64,000 bases of DNA from Eledone cirrhosa (GCA_964016885.1 OZ024742.1:1054001-1118000), one strand, 5' to 3'; positions 1 to 13,303 are shown, numbered from the stretch's first letter. Numbers and translations: made by a program. The notes: a model not told the origin generated them from the letters alone.

Positions 1-359
1 AGTGACAAGGCTTTACACTGGATCAATCCCACTCTCTGACCAACAGTGACAAGGCCTTACATTGGACCAATCCCACTCTCTGACCAACAGTGACAAGGCC
101 TTACACTGGACCAATCCTACTCTCTGACCAACAGTGACAAGGCCTTACATTGGACCAATCCTACTCTCTGACCAACAGTGACAAGGCCTTACATTGGACC
201 AATCCTACTCTCTGACCAACAGTGACAAGGCCTTACATTGGACCAATCCTACTCTCTGACCAACAGTGACAAGGCCTTACACTGGATCAATCCTACTCTC
301 TGACCAACAGTGACAAGGCCTTACACTGGACCAATCCCAGTCTCTGACCAACAGTGACA
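1..359. repeat. 44-bp minisatellite, ~8 copies
   Basis: The unit AGTGACAAGGCCTTACAYTGGACCAATCCYACTCTCTGACCAAC is repeated head-to-tail from the window start. Confidence 0.95.
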
Positions 360-511
360 GGTATCAAGGTCAACATCATTGGTTGCCATCGCGTCACATC
401 AGTTTTCCTTCTAGAATGTCTTAACAATAACTAGGGGTCGTTCAGTGGGGTAACCCGCGGTCTCACACCAAACCAAATATTTCCATGTCCCCACACATAC
501 ATCAGTATCGC

Positions 512-688
512 CATTTAATGTTCATTTTTCTACGCTAGCATGGCTTAGGCAAGTTGTTTTGTTGTGATACAAGCCAGATCAGGTGACGATGTCTTTCTCA
601 TACAGAACTAATTTGGGCTTGGTTTCTACAGCTGGATGCCCTTCCTAATGCCAACCACATTTACAGTGTGTACTGGGTGTTTTTGCTG
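512..688 (-). mobile_element. Old degenerate RTE-type/SINE 3' tail
   Basis: It contains tttctacagctggatgcccttcctaatgccaaccacatttacagtgtg, matching the 3' UTR of the RTE copies and SINEs in this window. Confidence 0.7.
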
Positions 689-1033
689 TCCTAAATATAT
701 ATACATATATACAAAAATATATGTAACTGTATATTCATATATACACACACACATATACAAAAATATATCTAACTGTATATACATATACACACACACACAT
801 AAGATCATTGAAAATGATTTTATAGGACTTACCCATGAACCATTCCATATTCTTTATAATTAACTTGGATAAATTTCCCAAATCGACTAGAATTATTGTT
901 ATGTACCGTTTTTGCATTTCCAAATGCCTGAAAAGTACAGAAAATTAAACAATTATAACAACATTTTAATACATATTAAATAATCTAATATAACACACAC
1001 TTAGTATGGTTGTGTGTGTGTATGTATGTGTAT

Positions 1034-1082
<49 letters not shown>

Positions 1083-2172
1083 GGGAGGGCACAAAGACAA
1101 ACTCAACGGAAAAACGAAGCATCTCTTCTCTTCAGTCAACCTCTGGAAATCATTATAGTATCAGTACATTAAGGTTGATACTATCCATTCCAATGCACAT
1201 TGGAACCCAACAAAACAGGGAGACACAGGACAAGTTTTACCTTTCAGCAAATTACACAAACACAAAGAAATGTGACAAACCAATGTGCTTCAACTGAAAG
1301 AGTTAGAAGTGTCGTGCACCGTAGCTTAGGGGAAAATAGAAAAATATATTTAGACTTCAGTTTTACTTACAAAGACATAGAGGAATGACAGGGAGGCAGA
1401 GGATGGGGAGGGAGAGAGAGAGAGAGAGATATCGGAAGTCTATTGTTGATAGGTGTGTGTGTGCTACAGAGACATTGCCATTCAACTACATCAGAGTCTG
1501 ACACACTTCACTATCTTCATACATTCACAGTTTTGAACAAACAAACATTCTAACCCTTCCATGTTTATCTCTTTTCCTATCTCCTTCTGACATACAACTT
1601 TCCAAAATGGCTGGCTAACTATACATGTGTTTCCCTTCTGGAAAAAGTTTTTTTTTCTGTTTTTATTTCTTTGCTTACTCTCATATATATCTCTCTCATT
1701 CTACCTTCCAATAAAGGACTAATGTCCGAAACATAAAGAAACTGATCCTACTCTATAAAGCACTAAACTATATACAGATCTAAACTAGCCCAAATCCCAC
1801 CACACAAAATACAGTTACCCATTATAACTGAAACTCACCCACAATACAGGTAGTATGAGGACAAATATCATCAGATCACAATCACACTTCATTCCTGCTA
1901 AGTTGTGGTAACCAGATAAATTAGTACCGTTGCCCAACCAATGGCAGTATGATAATGATGATGATGTTTATATATATAACCCAACAACACAAATATAATT
2001 AACTAATTAAATTAAACCCACAAGAGAAAAACCCTTGGTCCCATTCAACAGAAACATTCCTGCACATTACTGATAAGACCCTTACACACCACTCCATTCC
2101 TCAATAGTTGTCTAACCCCTTCCCTTTCTAAACATTCCCATCCAATCAAGAGAAGGGAGGATATGTCCCTTA

Positions 2173-2623
<451 letters not shown>

Positions 2624-2971
2624 ATCATCATCATCATCAACGTTTAACGTCCGTGTTCCACGCTTGCATGGGTTTGGACGGGGGTAGTCCCACTTGAGGC
2701 AAGAGTGATTGTCTTGCTCGCATAGGACTGTCTGGCAGGTTTTCTACAGTTGGATACCCTTCCTAACACCAACCACATTTACAGTGTGGGTCTGGGAGGT
2801 TTTTACCGTGTTGCCTACACGGCCACATTACAACGTGGACTGTGTTTTTTTTGTCGTGACACCTACACGATCTCATTTGTTTCGGCCTGGAAGGCGCGGC
2901 ACCAACATAACTTTACATAGAACGGGGTGGTGTGGATGGGGTGGGGGTGGTGGTGGTGGGACGGGGTGTAT
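2624..2971 (-). mobile_element. RTE LINE subfamily A, 3' UTR-only fragment
   Basis: It has a (GAT)n tail and a 3' UTR nearly identical to that of the copies at 5313 and 10707, with TA-rich sequence on both sides. Confidence 0.9.
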
Positions 2972-3090
2972 ATAAATATATATAATAGAGTATATGTTCC
3001 TACACGCACAATGCGCTAAGGGACACATGTATTGTCCAACCATATGCCAATGTGGTTCAATCGCAGGTTAATAAATTAACAAACCAGAAC

Positions 3091-3444
3091 ATATATAATC
3101 AAGGTTTAGCAAATAAGAAAAAGTTTCAAAATAAATTTTTAAAAATTAACTTTACTTACTATGGTTACCTTTACCGAATCGGTTTCGAGTCTCAAAAATA
3201 AACGGAGTCCATACGGCATCCATTGCAAAGTAGCGCCAGTTCGTAATTTGAACTCGGGAATTTTATATTCTCCGAGTGAAAAGATCCTTCTGACGAGAGT
3301 TTATCTTTGCAACGGATGCCGTATGGACTCCGTTTATTTTTGAGACTCGAAACCGATTCGGTAAAGGTAACCATAGTAAGTAAAGTTAATTTTTTAAAAT
3401 TTATTTTGAAACTTTTTCTTATTTGCTAAACCTTGATTATATAT
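3091..3444 (+). mobile_element. Palindromic PLE pseudo-LTR remnant (140-bp inverted arms)
   Basis: 3091-3230 is the reverse complement of 3305-3444. The remnant contains an HHR, and both arms end in TA repeats. Confidence 0.75.
3286..3367 (+). ncRNA. Type I hammerhead ribozyme
   Basis: CCTT-CTGACGA-GAGT(long stem II)ACTC-GAAA-CCG att CGG-TA-AAGG. All three stems pair and the cleavage triplet is GUA. Confidence 0.85.
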
Positions 3445-3561
3445 ATATATACACACATATGTATGTATATATATATACACACATATGCATGTATGTGTAT
3501 ATATATATATACGCATGTATGTATATATATATACACATATGTATGTATATATACACATATG

Positions 3562-3618
<57 letters not shown>

Positions 3619-4109
3619 GTATGTATATATATTGTTATACTTGGGGAGGGTCATATTTGTGTAATATTGCCAGAATTAATAACAGAACACACTCACTGTT
3701 TGGTTGGTTTTCGCTTCTCGCTGTCTTTTATATCTGCGATGTAACTTACTCGGTCCTCAATGTTGCCATTGACTGATCGACGGTCAAAAATAATACAGAT
3801 ACAATATAGACACAAACACATATATATAGTTTATCATAAGTCTTTTGTTGCACATCTGCAACATCGTCAGTGGTGTTATATTTTTTCCTCCTGTTGTGTT
3901 GTATGTCTACGCCATTTTTTATTCAGTCTGTCTATATATTTATTTATTTATTTGTTTGTTTGTTTATTTTATTTTGTCTTCTTTGCGCATGCGTTTGCGT
4001 GTGTGTATAGTGTTATGTTTGCTGTGTGATGGGTGACTAGTGTGTGTTTATGTGCTTGTTGTTATTGTGCTTGTGTATGTATTTATTTATCTTATTTTAT
4101 TTACTTATT

Positions 4110-4988
4110 TATACTTCTCTTAGGTCAGTGTTGTTTGTTTGGGTGTTGTTATTCCATTCATTCTTTCCGTTTAGCTTTGGTCTTCTAATTTCTATTTCAC
4201 TGGCCTCTCTGATTTGCCTATCTGCTGGGTCATTTCTATGTTTAGATATTATTCTAATTTCTATGTTGTCTATGTTACCATCATGTTGTTGTCTAGCATG
4301 TTCGTATAGTACTGACCCGTTTTTTTCGTCCTTTTAGTTCCCCCCAGTGTTGGTCTAGCCCTATCTAAGCTATTCCATGATTTGCTCCTGTATAATGGGC
4401 AAATTCCTTTCATGTCCAGTTCTATGAGGGTCTTATACTTTTCCATGGCTCCTTCGTATACTCTGACTCTGTCTCTTTGGTTGTAGCCAGAGAACTGCAT
4501 GCGGTTGATGAAGTGTTGGATGTGTCTTTCCATTTCTGTTGGGTCGCACATGCGGGACACATTCTTCATCACTCGTACCAAATCTGCGATCAGAATATTA
4601 AACTTAGCACTACTGGACATTGCTGAGTTTTTGAGTATCAGGTATTTGGAGGCCATGGGTTTAGCATAGTGTGAGTGGGGAATTTGGGCTCTCTCGTCTA
4701 TAGTGTTAATCCAGAGTTCTGTGTCTAATACAGGTAGTCTATTGTTAGGGTGTTTGGAAGGGAAGTCGATAGTTACAGTTATACTCTGGTGTATGGAATT
4801 AGCTATCTGCTGGATGCTTTCCATTGTGCTACGTTCTAAATCAAACTTGTTAGTGCTCTCTAGTGGGGGTGTTCTTATAACTATATTGATATCGTCTACA
4901 TAACGAGAGTACATGATGAGGTCTATGGAGCTTTCATTAAGGAGATCTTTAAGTCTCCTTTCCCATCATACCATGAAAAGGTTGGCAA
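4110..4988 (-). pseudogene. PLE RT fragment fused to the C-terminal half of a GIY-YIG endonuclease
   Basis: The RT part reads VANLFMV*WE...YSRYVDD...LPVLDTELW...HYAKPMAS...MQFSGY. After a deletion and frameshift it reads SVLYEHARQQH...DRQIREASEIEIRRPKLNGKNEW. Confidence 0.8.
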
Positions 4989-5028
4989 CACTGACGATGT
5001 TGCAGATGTGCAACGAAAGATTTATGAT
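4989..5028 (+). ncRNA. Minimal hammerhead ribozyme (imperfect)
   Basis: CA-CTGACGA-T-GTTGCA gatg TGCAAC-GAAA-GATT-TA-TG. The mirror copy at ~3835-3872 (-) has GAAA mutated to AAAA. Confidence 0.6.
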
Positions 5029-5312
5029 AAACTATATATATGTGTTTGTGTCTATATTGTATCTGTATTATTTTTGACCGTCGGTCAGTCAATGGCAACA
5101 TTGAGGACCGAGTAAGTTAGATTACCGATATAAAAGACAGCGAGAAGCGAAAACCAACCAAACAGTGAGTGTGTTCTGTTATTAATTCTGGCAATATTAC
5201 ACAAATATGACCCTCCCCAAGTATAACAATATTTGTTTCAACACACGATTTCATATAAAAAACCTCGCAAAACTAATTCATCGCCGCTATGTATATATAT
5301 ATATACACATAT

Positions 5313-7018
5313 ATCATCATCATCATCATCATCAACGTTTAACGTCCGTGTTCCACGCTTGCATGGGTTTGGACGGGGGTAGTCCCACTTGAGGCAAGAG
5401 TGATTGTCTTGCTCGCATAGGACTGTCTGGCAGGTTTTCTACAGTTGGATGCCCTTCCTAACACCAACCACATTTACAGTGTGGGTCTGGGAGGTTTTTA
5501 CCGTGTTGCCTACACGGCCACATTACAGCGTGGACTGTGTGTTTTTTTGTCGTGACACCTACACGATCTCATTTGTTTCGGCCTCGATGGCGCGGCACCA
5601 ACATAACTTTACATAGAACGGGGTGGTGTGGATGGGGTGGGGGTGGTGGTGGTGGTGGGACGGGGTGTATTTTGTTAGAGATGCCTACTGGCTGGAGTAG
5701 GTTTTACTATATATTTAGGTAAGGCGGGTCTTCTCTGTTACTGAGTACCGCCAAAGGTCTCGGTCCAGTGACATTGTCTTGGAGAGGTGTAAGTGTGTGA
5801 TGTCGGAGTTTATCAGCTCGTCCCAGGTTTTTCTAGGTCTGCCTATTCCGTGACTACCGTCTATCTTTATTGCCCTGCACTTTGTTATACAGCTATCGAC
5901 TTTCATGCGCATCACGTGTCCATACCAACGTAGCCTTCTCTCGAGTAAACAACATCTGATCCCTCTTATCTCTAATTTTTTCCTTAGTTCGTTTATGCTT
6001 TGCCGTTCACGTATATTACTGTTACACATCCAGCGGAGCATGCAAGCTTCGTTCCTCTCTAGTCTGCGTATATCCTCTGCACACAATGCCCAGGTCTCAC
6101 TGCCATGCAGCATTGCTGTTCGTATGCAGGCATCGTACAACCTGCCTTTCATTTTTAGTGAGAACCCTTTAGCAGCTAATAGTGGTATAAGCTCTCTGAA
6201 CTTTTTCCAACCAGTTCTGACTCTAGCTACAGTACTTTCAGAGCACCCTCCCCCACTGCTGATTTTATCGCCCAGGTAACGGAAGCTGTCCACTATTTCT
6301 ATAGAACCCTCTGCGCAATTGAAAGAGCTAGTAGTTTGTGGGCACTTGCTGCTACTTATTGCACCAGAGCACCGGCCACATGTAAAATCTATGTTCTTAG
6401 TTAGCTTACCTGTGATCCCACTACATCTTTTATGCACCCATACTTTGCATTTAGGACATAAAATGGAGTTTCTACCTACGCCTTTCCTACACACCGAGCA
6501 CGACCATTTCCCAGAAGGGACCGCCGCCTTGTTTTCTTTCCTACAAACTAGTACTTTGGTCTTAGCCAGGTTAATTTTAAGTCCTTTTGACTCTAGGCCG
6601 TGCTTCCATGTTTGGAATTTCTTCTCTAGCTCGGCCATTGATTCCGCTATGAGTGTCAGGTCGTCTGCGTATAGGAGTTCCCATGGGCAGCCTGTCTTGA
6701 ACTCCTCTGTTATAGCCTGAAGGGCAATAATAAATAGTAGTGGACTGAGAACAGAGCCCTGATGGATGCCAACTTTTACGCTAAACTCTTCACTATATTC
6801 GTTGTTAATTCTAACCTTGCTGACTGTTTCTTTATACATGGCTTGTATAGCCCTCACAAGCCATTCGTCAACGCCTAGTTTTCTAAGAGCCCACCAGATA
6901 ATGGAGCGGGGGACTCTGTCGAAGGCTTTCTCCAAGTCGACAAAAGCTAAGTAGAGGGGTTTACCTTTAGCTAGGTACTTCTCCTGTAGTTGTCGTACTA
7001 TGAAAAGAGCGTCTGTGG
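5313..7018 (-). mobile_element. RTE LINE subfamily A, 5'-truncated (RT C-half, ORF 5715-7018)
   Basis: Motifs [41 protein letters not shown] and GRPRKTW. It has a (GAT)n tail and (TA)n flanks. Confidence 0.95.
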
Positions 7019-7052
<34 letters not shown>

Positions 7053-7082
7053 GTATATATATATATATATATATATACATAC

Positions 7083-7118
<36 letters not shown>

Positions 7119-7120
<2 letters not shown>

Positions 7121-7435
7121 CATCATCATCATCATCACCGTTTTACGTCCGTTCTTCCACGCTACCATGGGTTAGACGGGTTGTCCTGTTGTGGGCAGTG
7201 TGTGGTTGGATGACCATGCCTTGCTCATACAGGAACTGATTTGGCTTGATTTCTACAGCTGGATGCCCTTCCTAACACCAACCTCATTTACAGTGAGTGC
7301 TGGGTGCTTTTTCGTGGCGCCTACACGTCCACTTTACAGTGTGGGCTGGGTGTTTTTTTGCCGTGGCACCTCCACGACCACCTTGCAGTGGGTGGGTGTG
7401 GGGGATATTGTACCCATGGGAGGTCGGGTACTCTG

Positions 7436-7438
<3 letters not shown>
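7119..7438 (-). mobile_element. RTE LINE subfamily B, 3' fragment
   Basis: It matches the 3' UTR of the copy at 14492 and has (TA)n flanks. Confidence 0.9.
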
Positions 7439-7516
<78 letters not shown>

Positions 7517-7519
7517 ATG

Positions 7520-7563
<44 letters not shown>

Positions 7564-7713
7564 TACATAGAATTGAAATACTAGAGTGTGTTGGAGTTAA
7601 ACACCCTCTTCGTATTATAGAAATGACAGTAAAGGTATAGCTCAATGTAATTAAACAGAGCCGAAGAATTATGAAAATAAACCAAAGAAGTCTTCAATAC
7701 ATCAAAAGTCTTT

Positions 7714-7759
7714 ATTAGCCAACAATGTTTCGTCCTATTAAGGACTCATCAGGGCAATT
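7714..7759 (-). ncRNA. Minimal hammerhead ribozyme in a probable PLE pseudo-LTR
   Basis: The minus strand reads attGCC-CTGATGA-GTCC ttaata GGAC-GAAA-C att G-TT-GGC, followed by AATAAA. Confidence 0.75.
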
Positions 7760-9404
7760 AAAGCTATAAGAAGCACTATCAGCCAATACAAGCCGAAAAC
7801 TCAGAAGAATATGGAGTGTACATAGATTAAATCATAGGAAAATAATCGGGTAAAAATTAAGTAAAAAATTATCAAGTGAAAATTGCTAAGGAAGTAAGTA
7901 ACATTTTGAACCATATTACAAATATAGTCCAATGCAAAAACTAGAGCTAAAACAGAGGTGGTGATATAGAGCGGGAATTATTGTACTATATATAATATAA
8001 TATAATATAATTAATAATGATAATAATAATAATGTTAAAATAATGTACACATATATACATATATATCAATACACATTTCCATCAATAGAAGCACAAACTA
8101 ACCCTTATTAAGAGTTTAAATATAAATAAGAATAATAAAAATAAAAATAAAAAAAAAAATAAAAATACAAATGAAAATAAAATTAAAATATAATACATAT
8201 AATATTTACAGTATAAAATGAAGAATAAATGATTAAAAGTAAGCATAAAATATATAATAAACTATATAATTATATAATAGATAATCTCCGGTTAATTTGC
8301 ACAAACAATATAAATGTTACAATAACACTAAAATCACAATATTACAATATAATGGCATATAACTTAACAAATCATATAGAGTTACAGACCGGGTGAGAAA
8401 AAATATTGTACAGAACTAAATTATATTGGAAAAATTATGTTGGAAAAATATCAAAACCATTGCAAGAAAATAGATCAAATTTCTATACAGTTGGTGTAAA
8501 TAAATAGTATCCGAACATTACAAGAATGATAAAAATATAAACATATTACAGGATTTGCAAAATTTAACATAACATAATGGTACATTTAATAATCGGTAAA
8601 TAATAATGATCAGTAGTACGTTTACAAAGAGTGGAATGATATAAAATTTCAATATAAAATATTGAACATAGTATAATATACATAATTACATGGTTGGTGG
8701 AGAGACATTTGTGAATAAGTGAATGAGAGCCAGACAGACAGACTACGCACGGAAGTATATATAAATAAATACAATCAATCGAAAAACAAAAACAAAAGTA
8801 TTTACTTAGGTGTCGCATGCAGTTAAGTAAAAAATTTAGGAAACAAACCCGGATAAATGACTAGAAAACCCTATTAAATTAATTAATATTGAAAGTACTT
8901 AAAATACATAAGTCCATACAAAATTAGCTATGGTTTAAGTAATCAAAATCCCCTAATTTAAAGATATCACTATAAAAATATATCTGGAAAAAATGAAATA
9001 TTCAACTATCAGTTGAATAACGTTATGTAATAAACAGACTTTAAATAGAGTTATGGTAGGCCAATGGGGACAGAAAAAAGAAATGTATGGAGGATATGAA
9101 AGAGCATAAAATCATAATCAACATACTGTATTATACAATAGAAAGGAGCGTAAAAGGGAATTGGATATAATTATAGTATATTTGCTGGGGGGAGTGACAA
9201 GTATGTATGTATGTGTGGGGGGGGGGTAGTTATCCAAAGAAGAATCCAAATAAAATAAAATAGAATAATATAATAAAAATAAAATAAAATATATAATCAG
9301 ATATAAACTCATAAGGTGTTAATAGTGAAAATATAATATTTAAGAAGATAGAAATGGTATGGTAGCCAAAAGATTATGAAAGCTATAATGAAAAGCTGTC
9401 AAAA

Positions 9405-9556
9405 GCTTACAAATGTTTCCACGGTGGTACTACAGCCTAGTTATGCTATGTGCAGATACAGTGGTCACAGCATTGGATATTTGAGTTCTGCAAATAGTTG
9501 TAAATTTGCACATAGCATAACTAGGCTGTAGTACCACTGTGGAAACATTTGTAAGC
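9405..9556. repeat. 53-bp inverted repeat, probably a truncated PLE pseudo-LTR with a half HHR
   Basis: 9405-9457 is inverted relative to 9504-9556. The right part ends in GAAAC attt GTA, followed by AATAAA. Confidence 0.6.
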
Positions 9557-9643
9557 ACACGGAATAAATTACCTTTTTATGATGTCTACCTGTTATTATT
9601 CATTCTTTATATACACTCCGGAATATATATATATATACATATG

Positions 9644-9712
<69 letters not shown>

Positions 9713-10189
9713 GTATGTATATATATATATATACATATATATATACACATATGTATATATATATATATATATATATATGGTGGCTGCCAACTCGTTTTCG
9801 AGTACGGCCATTACTTTATATCCATGTAGGAGAACCCCTACCGATGCGTTGAACGAGTTTGACTTTTCAGTCCAGCCAGCGACTTGAAAAGTCTGGTAGA
9901 AACACTACACTTGTGACAATTATTGACACATAGTGCTTGGCCCATGGTACCATGTGACGACAAGTGCAGAGAGATCTCCAGATATAAAGCAATGCCTGTG
10001 CCGTGAAGCTGTTATAGAGAGCAAAGGCACTGCACAAAGCCAGTCCCACTCTCTTAACCAAGATGATATTTACTAAAAAGAAGAACAAGTCAACATCATT
10101 GGATACCATCAGGGTTGCAGGTGTTATATCAGAGTTTTCCTTCTCCTAGAATTTTGCCTTGACAAAAGCTAAGGGGTCATCTCTCCCAG

Positions 10190-10225
10190 GTATATATATA
10201 TACATATACACATATGTATGTATAT

Positions 10226-10257
<32 letters not shown>

Positions 10258-10338
10258 GTATACATATACATATACACATATGTATGTATATATATATATA
10301 TATATATACATACATATACATATATATATACACATATG

Positions 10339-10374
<36 letters not shown>

Positions 10375-10404
10375 CATATACATATATATATACACATATG
10401 TATG

Positions 10405-10437
<33 letters not shown>

Positions 10438-10465
10438 ATACACATATGTATGTATATATATATAC

Positions 10466-10510
<45 letters not shown>

Positions 10511-10637
10511 TATATATATACATATATATATACATATATACATATATATATATATACATATATATATACACACATGTATGTATACATATATATATACATA
10601 TATATATATATACATATATATATACACATATGTATGT

Positions 10638-10686
<49 letters not shown>

Positions 10687-10706
10687 TACATATATATATA
10701 TATACA
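10190..10706. repeat. Complex (TA)n tract
   Basis: TA repeats punctuated by CACATATGTATG and TACA variants. Confidence 0.95.
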
Positions 10707-13303
10707 TCTTGATGCTTTCGACAGTAAGGAAGAGCATTTAGAGTCGGACAATATAGAGGAATAGTGGGAATTTCTGAAAGCAAACCTGCTGATGGCGACA
10801 GACGAAGTCTGTGGCTGGAGCAGGCCTGTAGGCAGGAGGAGAGTAACATGGTGGTGGAACAGTAAGGTGGAGGGATCAATTAAGGCCAAAAAGCAGGCTT
10901 GGAAAGTATGGCGGGATGGGGGAAGTAGAGAAGACTATCAAGTGGCCAGGAGGGAAGCTAGGAGACAAGTGTACTTAGCAAGAAGGGAAGCAGAGGAAAG
11001 AAAGTTCAAGCATGTTCTACAACGCGAGGACCAAAAACGTGAGGTGTTCAGGATTGCTAGGCAATGCGTCAAGGAAAACCCTGATATTGTCGGGGAGAAG
11101 TGTGTACTTAATGATGACAGCGTACTTGCCATCACCGACGCTGATAAGAAGGTAGCTTGGAAGTGTCACTATGAAAGGCTACTAAATTAGGAGAATAAAT
11201 GGGAGAAAGACAGTCTCCCCCATATCGACCCAATAGAGGGACCAGCAGTGTTAGTCGAGGGGAGTATAATAAGTAAGGCAATCAAGGATATGAAGACGGG
11301 TAAGGCGGCTGGGCCTTCGGAAATAGTTGCTGAGATGCTGAAGGCATCTGGCACGGTGGGACACACCATGGTCACCCGCATAGTTAACCAAGTCGTACAG
11401 AATGGGGTTGTTCCGAAGGACTGGCATAGCAGCATCATCGTTAACTGTTATAAGGGTAAAGGAGACGCCCTAGATAGGAGTAACTATAGAGGCATTAAAT
11501 TAATCGACCAGGTCATGAAGATCACGGAAAAAGTAATAGCGCAACTAATCAGAGAGAGAATTGACCTAGATGAAATGCAGTTCGGGTTTGTGTCAGGCAA
11601 AAGTACCACAGACGCTCTTTTCATAGTACGACAACTACAGGAGAAGTACCTAGCTAAAGGTAAACCCCTCTACTTAGCTTTTGTCGACTTGGAGAAAGCC
11701 TTCGACAGAGTCCCCCGCTCCATTATCTGGTGGGCTCTTAGAAAACTAGGCGTTGACGAATGGCTTGTGAGGGCTATACAAGCCATGTATAAAGAAACAG
11801 TCAGCAAGGTTAGAATTAACAACGAATATAGTGAAGAGTTTAGCGTAAAAGTTGGCGTCCATCAGGGCTCTGTTCTCAGCCCACTACTATTTATTATTGC
11901 CCTTCAGGCTATAACAGAGGAGTTCAAGACAGGCTGCCCATGGGAACTCCTATACGCAGACGACCTGACACTCATAGCGGAATCAATGGCCGAGCTAGAG
12001 AAGAAATTCCAAACATGGAAGCACGGCCTAGAGTCAAAAGGACTTAAAATTAACCTGGCTAAGACCAAAGTACTAGTTTGTAGGAAAGAAAACAAGGCGG
12101 CGGTCCCTTCTGGGAAATGGTCGTGCTCGGTGTGTAGGAAAGGCGTAGGTAGAAACTCCATTTTATGTCCTAAATGCAAAGTATGGGTGCATAAAAGATG
12201 TAGTGGGATCACAGGTAAGCTAACTAAGAACATAGATTTTACATGTGGCCGGTGCTCTGGTGCAATAAGTAGTAGCAAGTGCCCACAAAATACTAGCTCT
12301 TTCAATTGCGCAGAGGGTTCTATAGAAATAGTGGACAGCTTCCGTTACCTGGGCGATAAAATCAGCAGTGGGGGAGGGTGCTCTGAAAGTACTGTAGCTA
12401 GAGTCAGAACTGGTTGGAAAAAGTTCAGAGAGCTTATACCACTATTAGCTGCTAAAGGGTTCTCCCTAAAAATGAAAGGCAGGTTGTACGATGCCTGCAT
12501 ACGAACAGCAATGCTGCATGGCAGTGAGACCTGGGCATTGTGTGCAGAGGATATACGCAGACTAGAGAGGAACGAAGCTTGCATGCTCCGCTGGATGTGT
12601 AACAGTAATATACGTGAACGGCAAAGCATAAACGAACTAAGGAAAAAATTAGAGATAAGAGGGATCAGATGTTGTTTACTCGAGAGAAGGCTACGTTGGT
12701 ATGGACACGTGATGCGCATGAAAGTCGATAGCTGTATAACAAAGTGCAGGGCAATAAAGATAGACGGTAGTCACGGAATAGGCAGACCTAGAAAAACCTG
12801 GGACGAGCTGATAAACTCCGACATCACACACTTACACCTCTCCAAGACAATGTCACTGGACCGAGACCTTTGGCGGTACTCAGTAACAGAGAAGACCCGC
12901 CTTACCTAAATATATAGTAAAACCTACTCCAGCCAGTAGGCATCTCTAACAAAATACACCCCGTCCCACCACCACCACCCCCACCCCATCCACACCACCC
13001 CGTTCTATGTAAAGTTATGTTGGTGCCGCGCCATCGAGGCCGAAACAAATGAGATCGTGTAGGTGTCACGACAAAAAAACACACAGTCCACGCTGTAATG
13101 TGGCCGTGTAGGCAACACGGTAAAAACCTCCCAGACCCACACTGTAAATGTGGTTGGTGTTAGGAAGGGCATCCAACTGTAGAAAACCTGCCAGACAGTC
13201 CTATGCGAGCAAGACAATCACTCTTGCCTCAAGTGGGACTACCCCCGTCCAAACCCATGCAAGCGTGGAACACGGACGTTAAACGTTGATGATGATGATG
13301 ATG
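10707..13303 (+). mobile_element. RTE LINE subfamily A, 5'-truncated; RT ORF 11248-12909, with two upstream premature stops
   Basis: It has the WWWN linker and the full set of RT motifs with YADD. TAG stops lie at ~10762 and ~11188, and it ends in a (GAT)n tail. Confidence 0.95.
11248..12909 (+). CDS. RTE reverse transcriptase with internal PHD finger (truncated ORF)
   Basis: [40 protein letters not shown]-x10-CPKC-x4-H-x2-C-x14-CGRC and FRYLG. Confidence 0.9.
   Translation: MLVEGSIISKAIKDMKTGKAAGPSEIVAEMLKASGTVGHTMVTRIVNQVVQNGVVPKDWHSSIIVNCYKGKGDALDRSNYRGIKLIDQVMKITEKVIAQLIRERIDLDEMQFGFVSGKSTTDALFIVRQLQEKYLAKGKPLYLAFVDLEKAFDRVPRSIIWWALRKLGVDEWLVRAIQAMYKETVSKVRINNEYSEEFSVKVGVHQGSVLSPLLFIIALQAITEEFKTGCPWELLYADDLTLIAESMAELEKKFQTWKHGLESKGLKINLAKTKVLVCRKENKAAVPSGKWSCSVCRKGVGRNSILCPKCKVWVHKRCSGITGKLTKNIDFTCGRCSGAISSSKCPQNTSSFNCAEGSIEIVDSFRYLGDKISSGGGCSESTVARVRTGWKKFRELIPLLAAKGFSLKMKGRLYDACIRTAMLHGSETWALCAEDIRRLERNEACMLRWMCNSNIRERQSINELRKKLEIRGIRCCLLERRLRWYGHVMRMKVDSCITKCRAIKIDGSHGIGRPRKTWDELINSDITHLHLSKTMSLDRDLWRYSVTEKTRLT

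Larger units (their letters stand above)
3631..5230 (-). mobile_element. Penelope-like element, 5'-truncated and internally deleted, with ~240-bp inverted pseudo-LTRs
   Basis: 3631-3872 is inverted relative to 4989-5230. Inside are an RT fragment and a GIY-YIG C-terminal remnant, and each repeat has an HHR-like motif. Confidence 0.85.

Noticed and set aside
1705-1738. Hammerhead-like CTT-CCAATAA-A-GGAC taat GTCC-GAAA-CA-TA-AAG
   Set aside because: The core is mutated. It is probably a dead relic of an old PLE.
4960-4972. In-frame TGA in the PLE RT as selenocysteine
   Set aside because: It sits next to Trp in an M.WW-like position, so TGG>TGA decay is more likely. No SECIS is visible.
5905-6954. 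Recurrent antisense ORFs over RTE copies
   Set aside because: They are shadows of the RT frame repeated with each copy and show no independent motifs.
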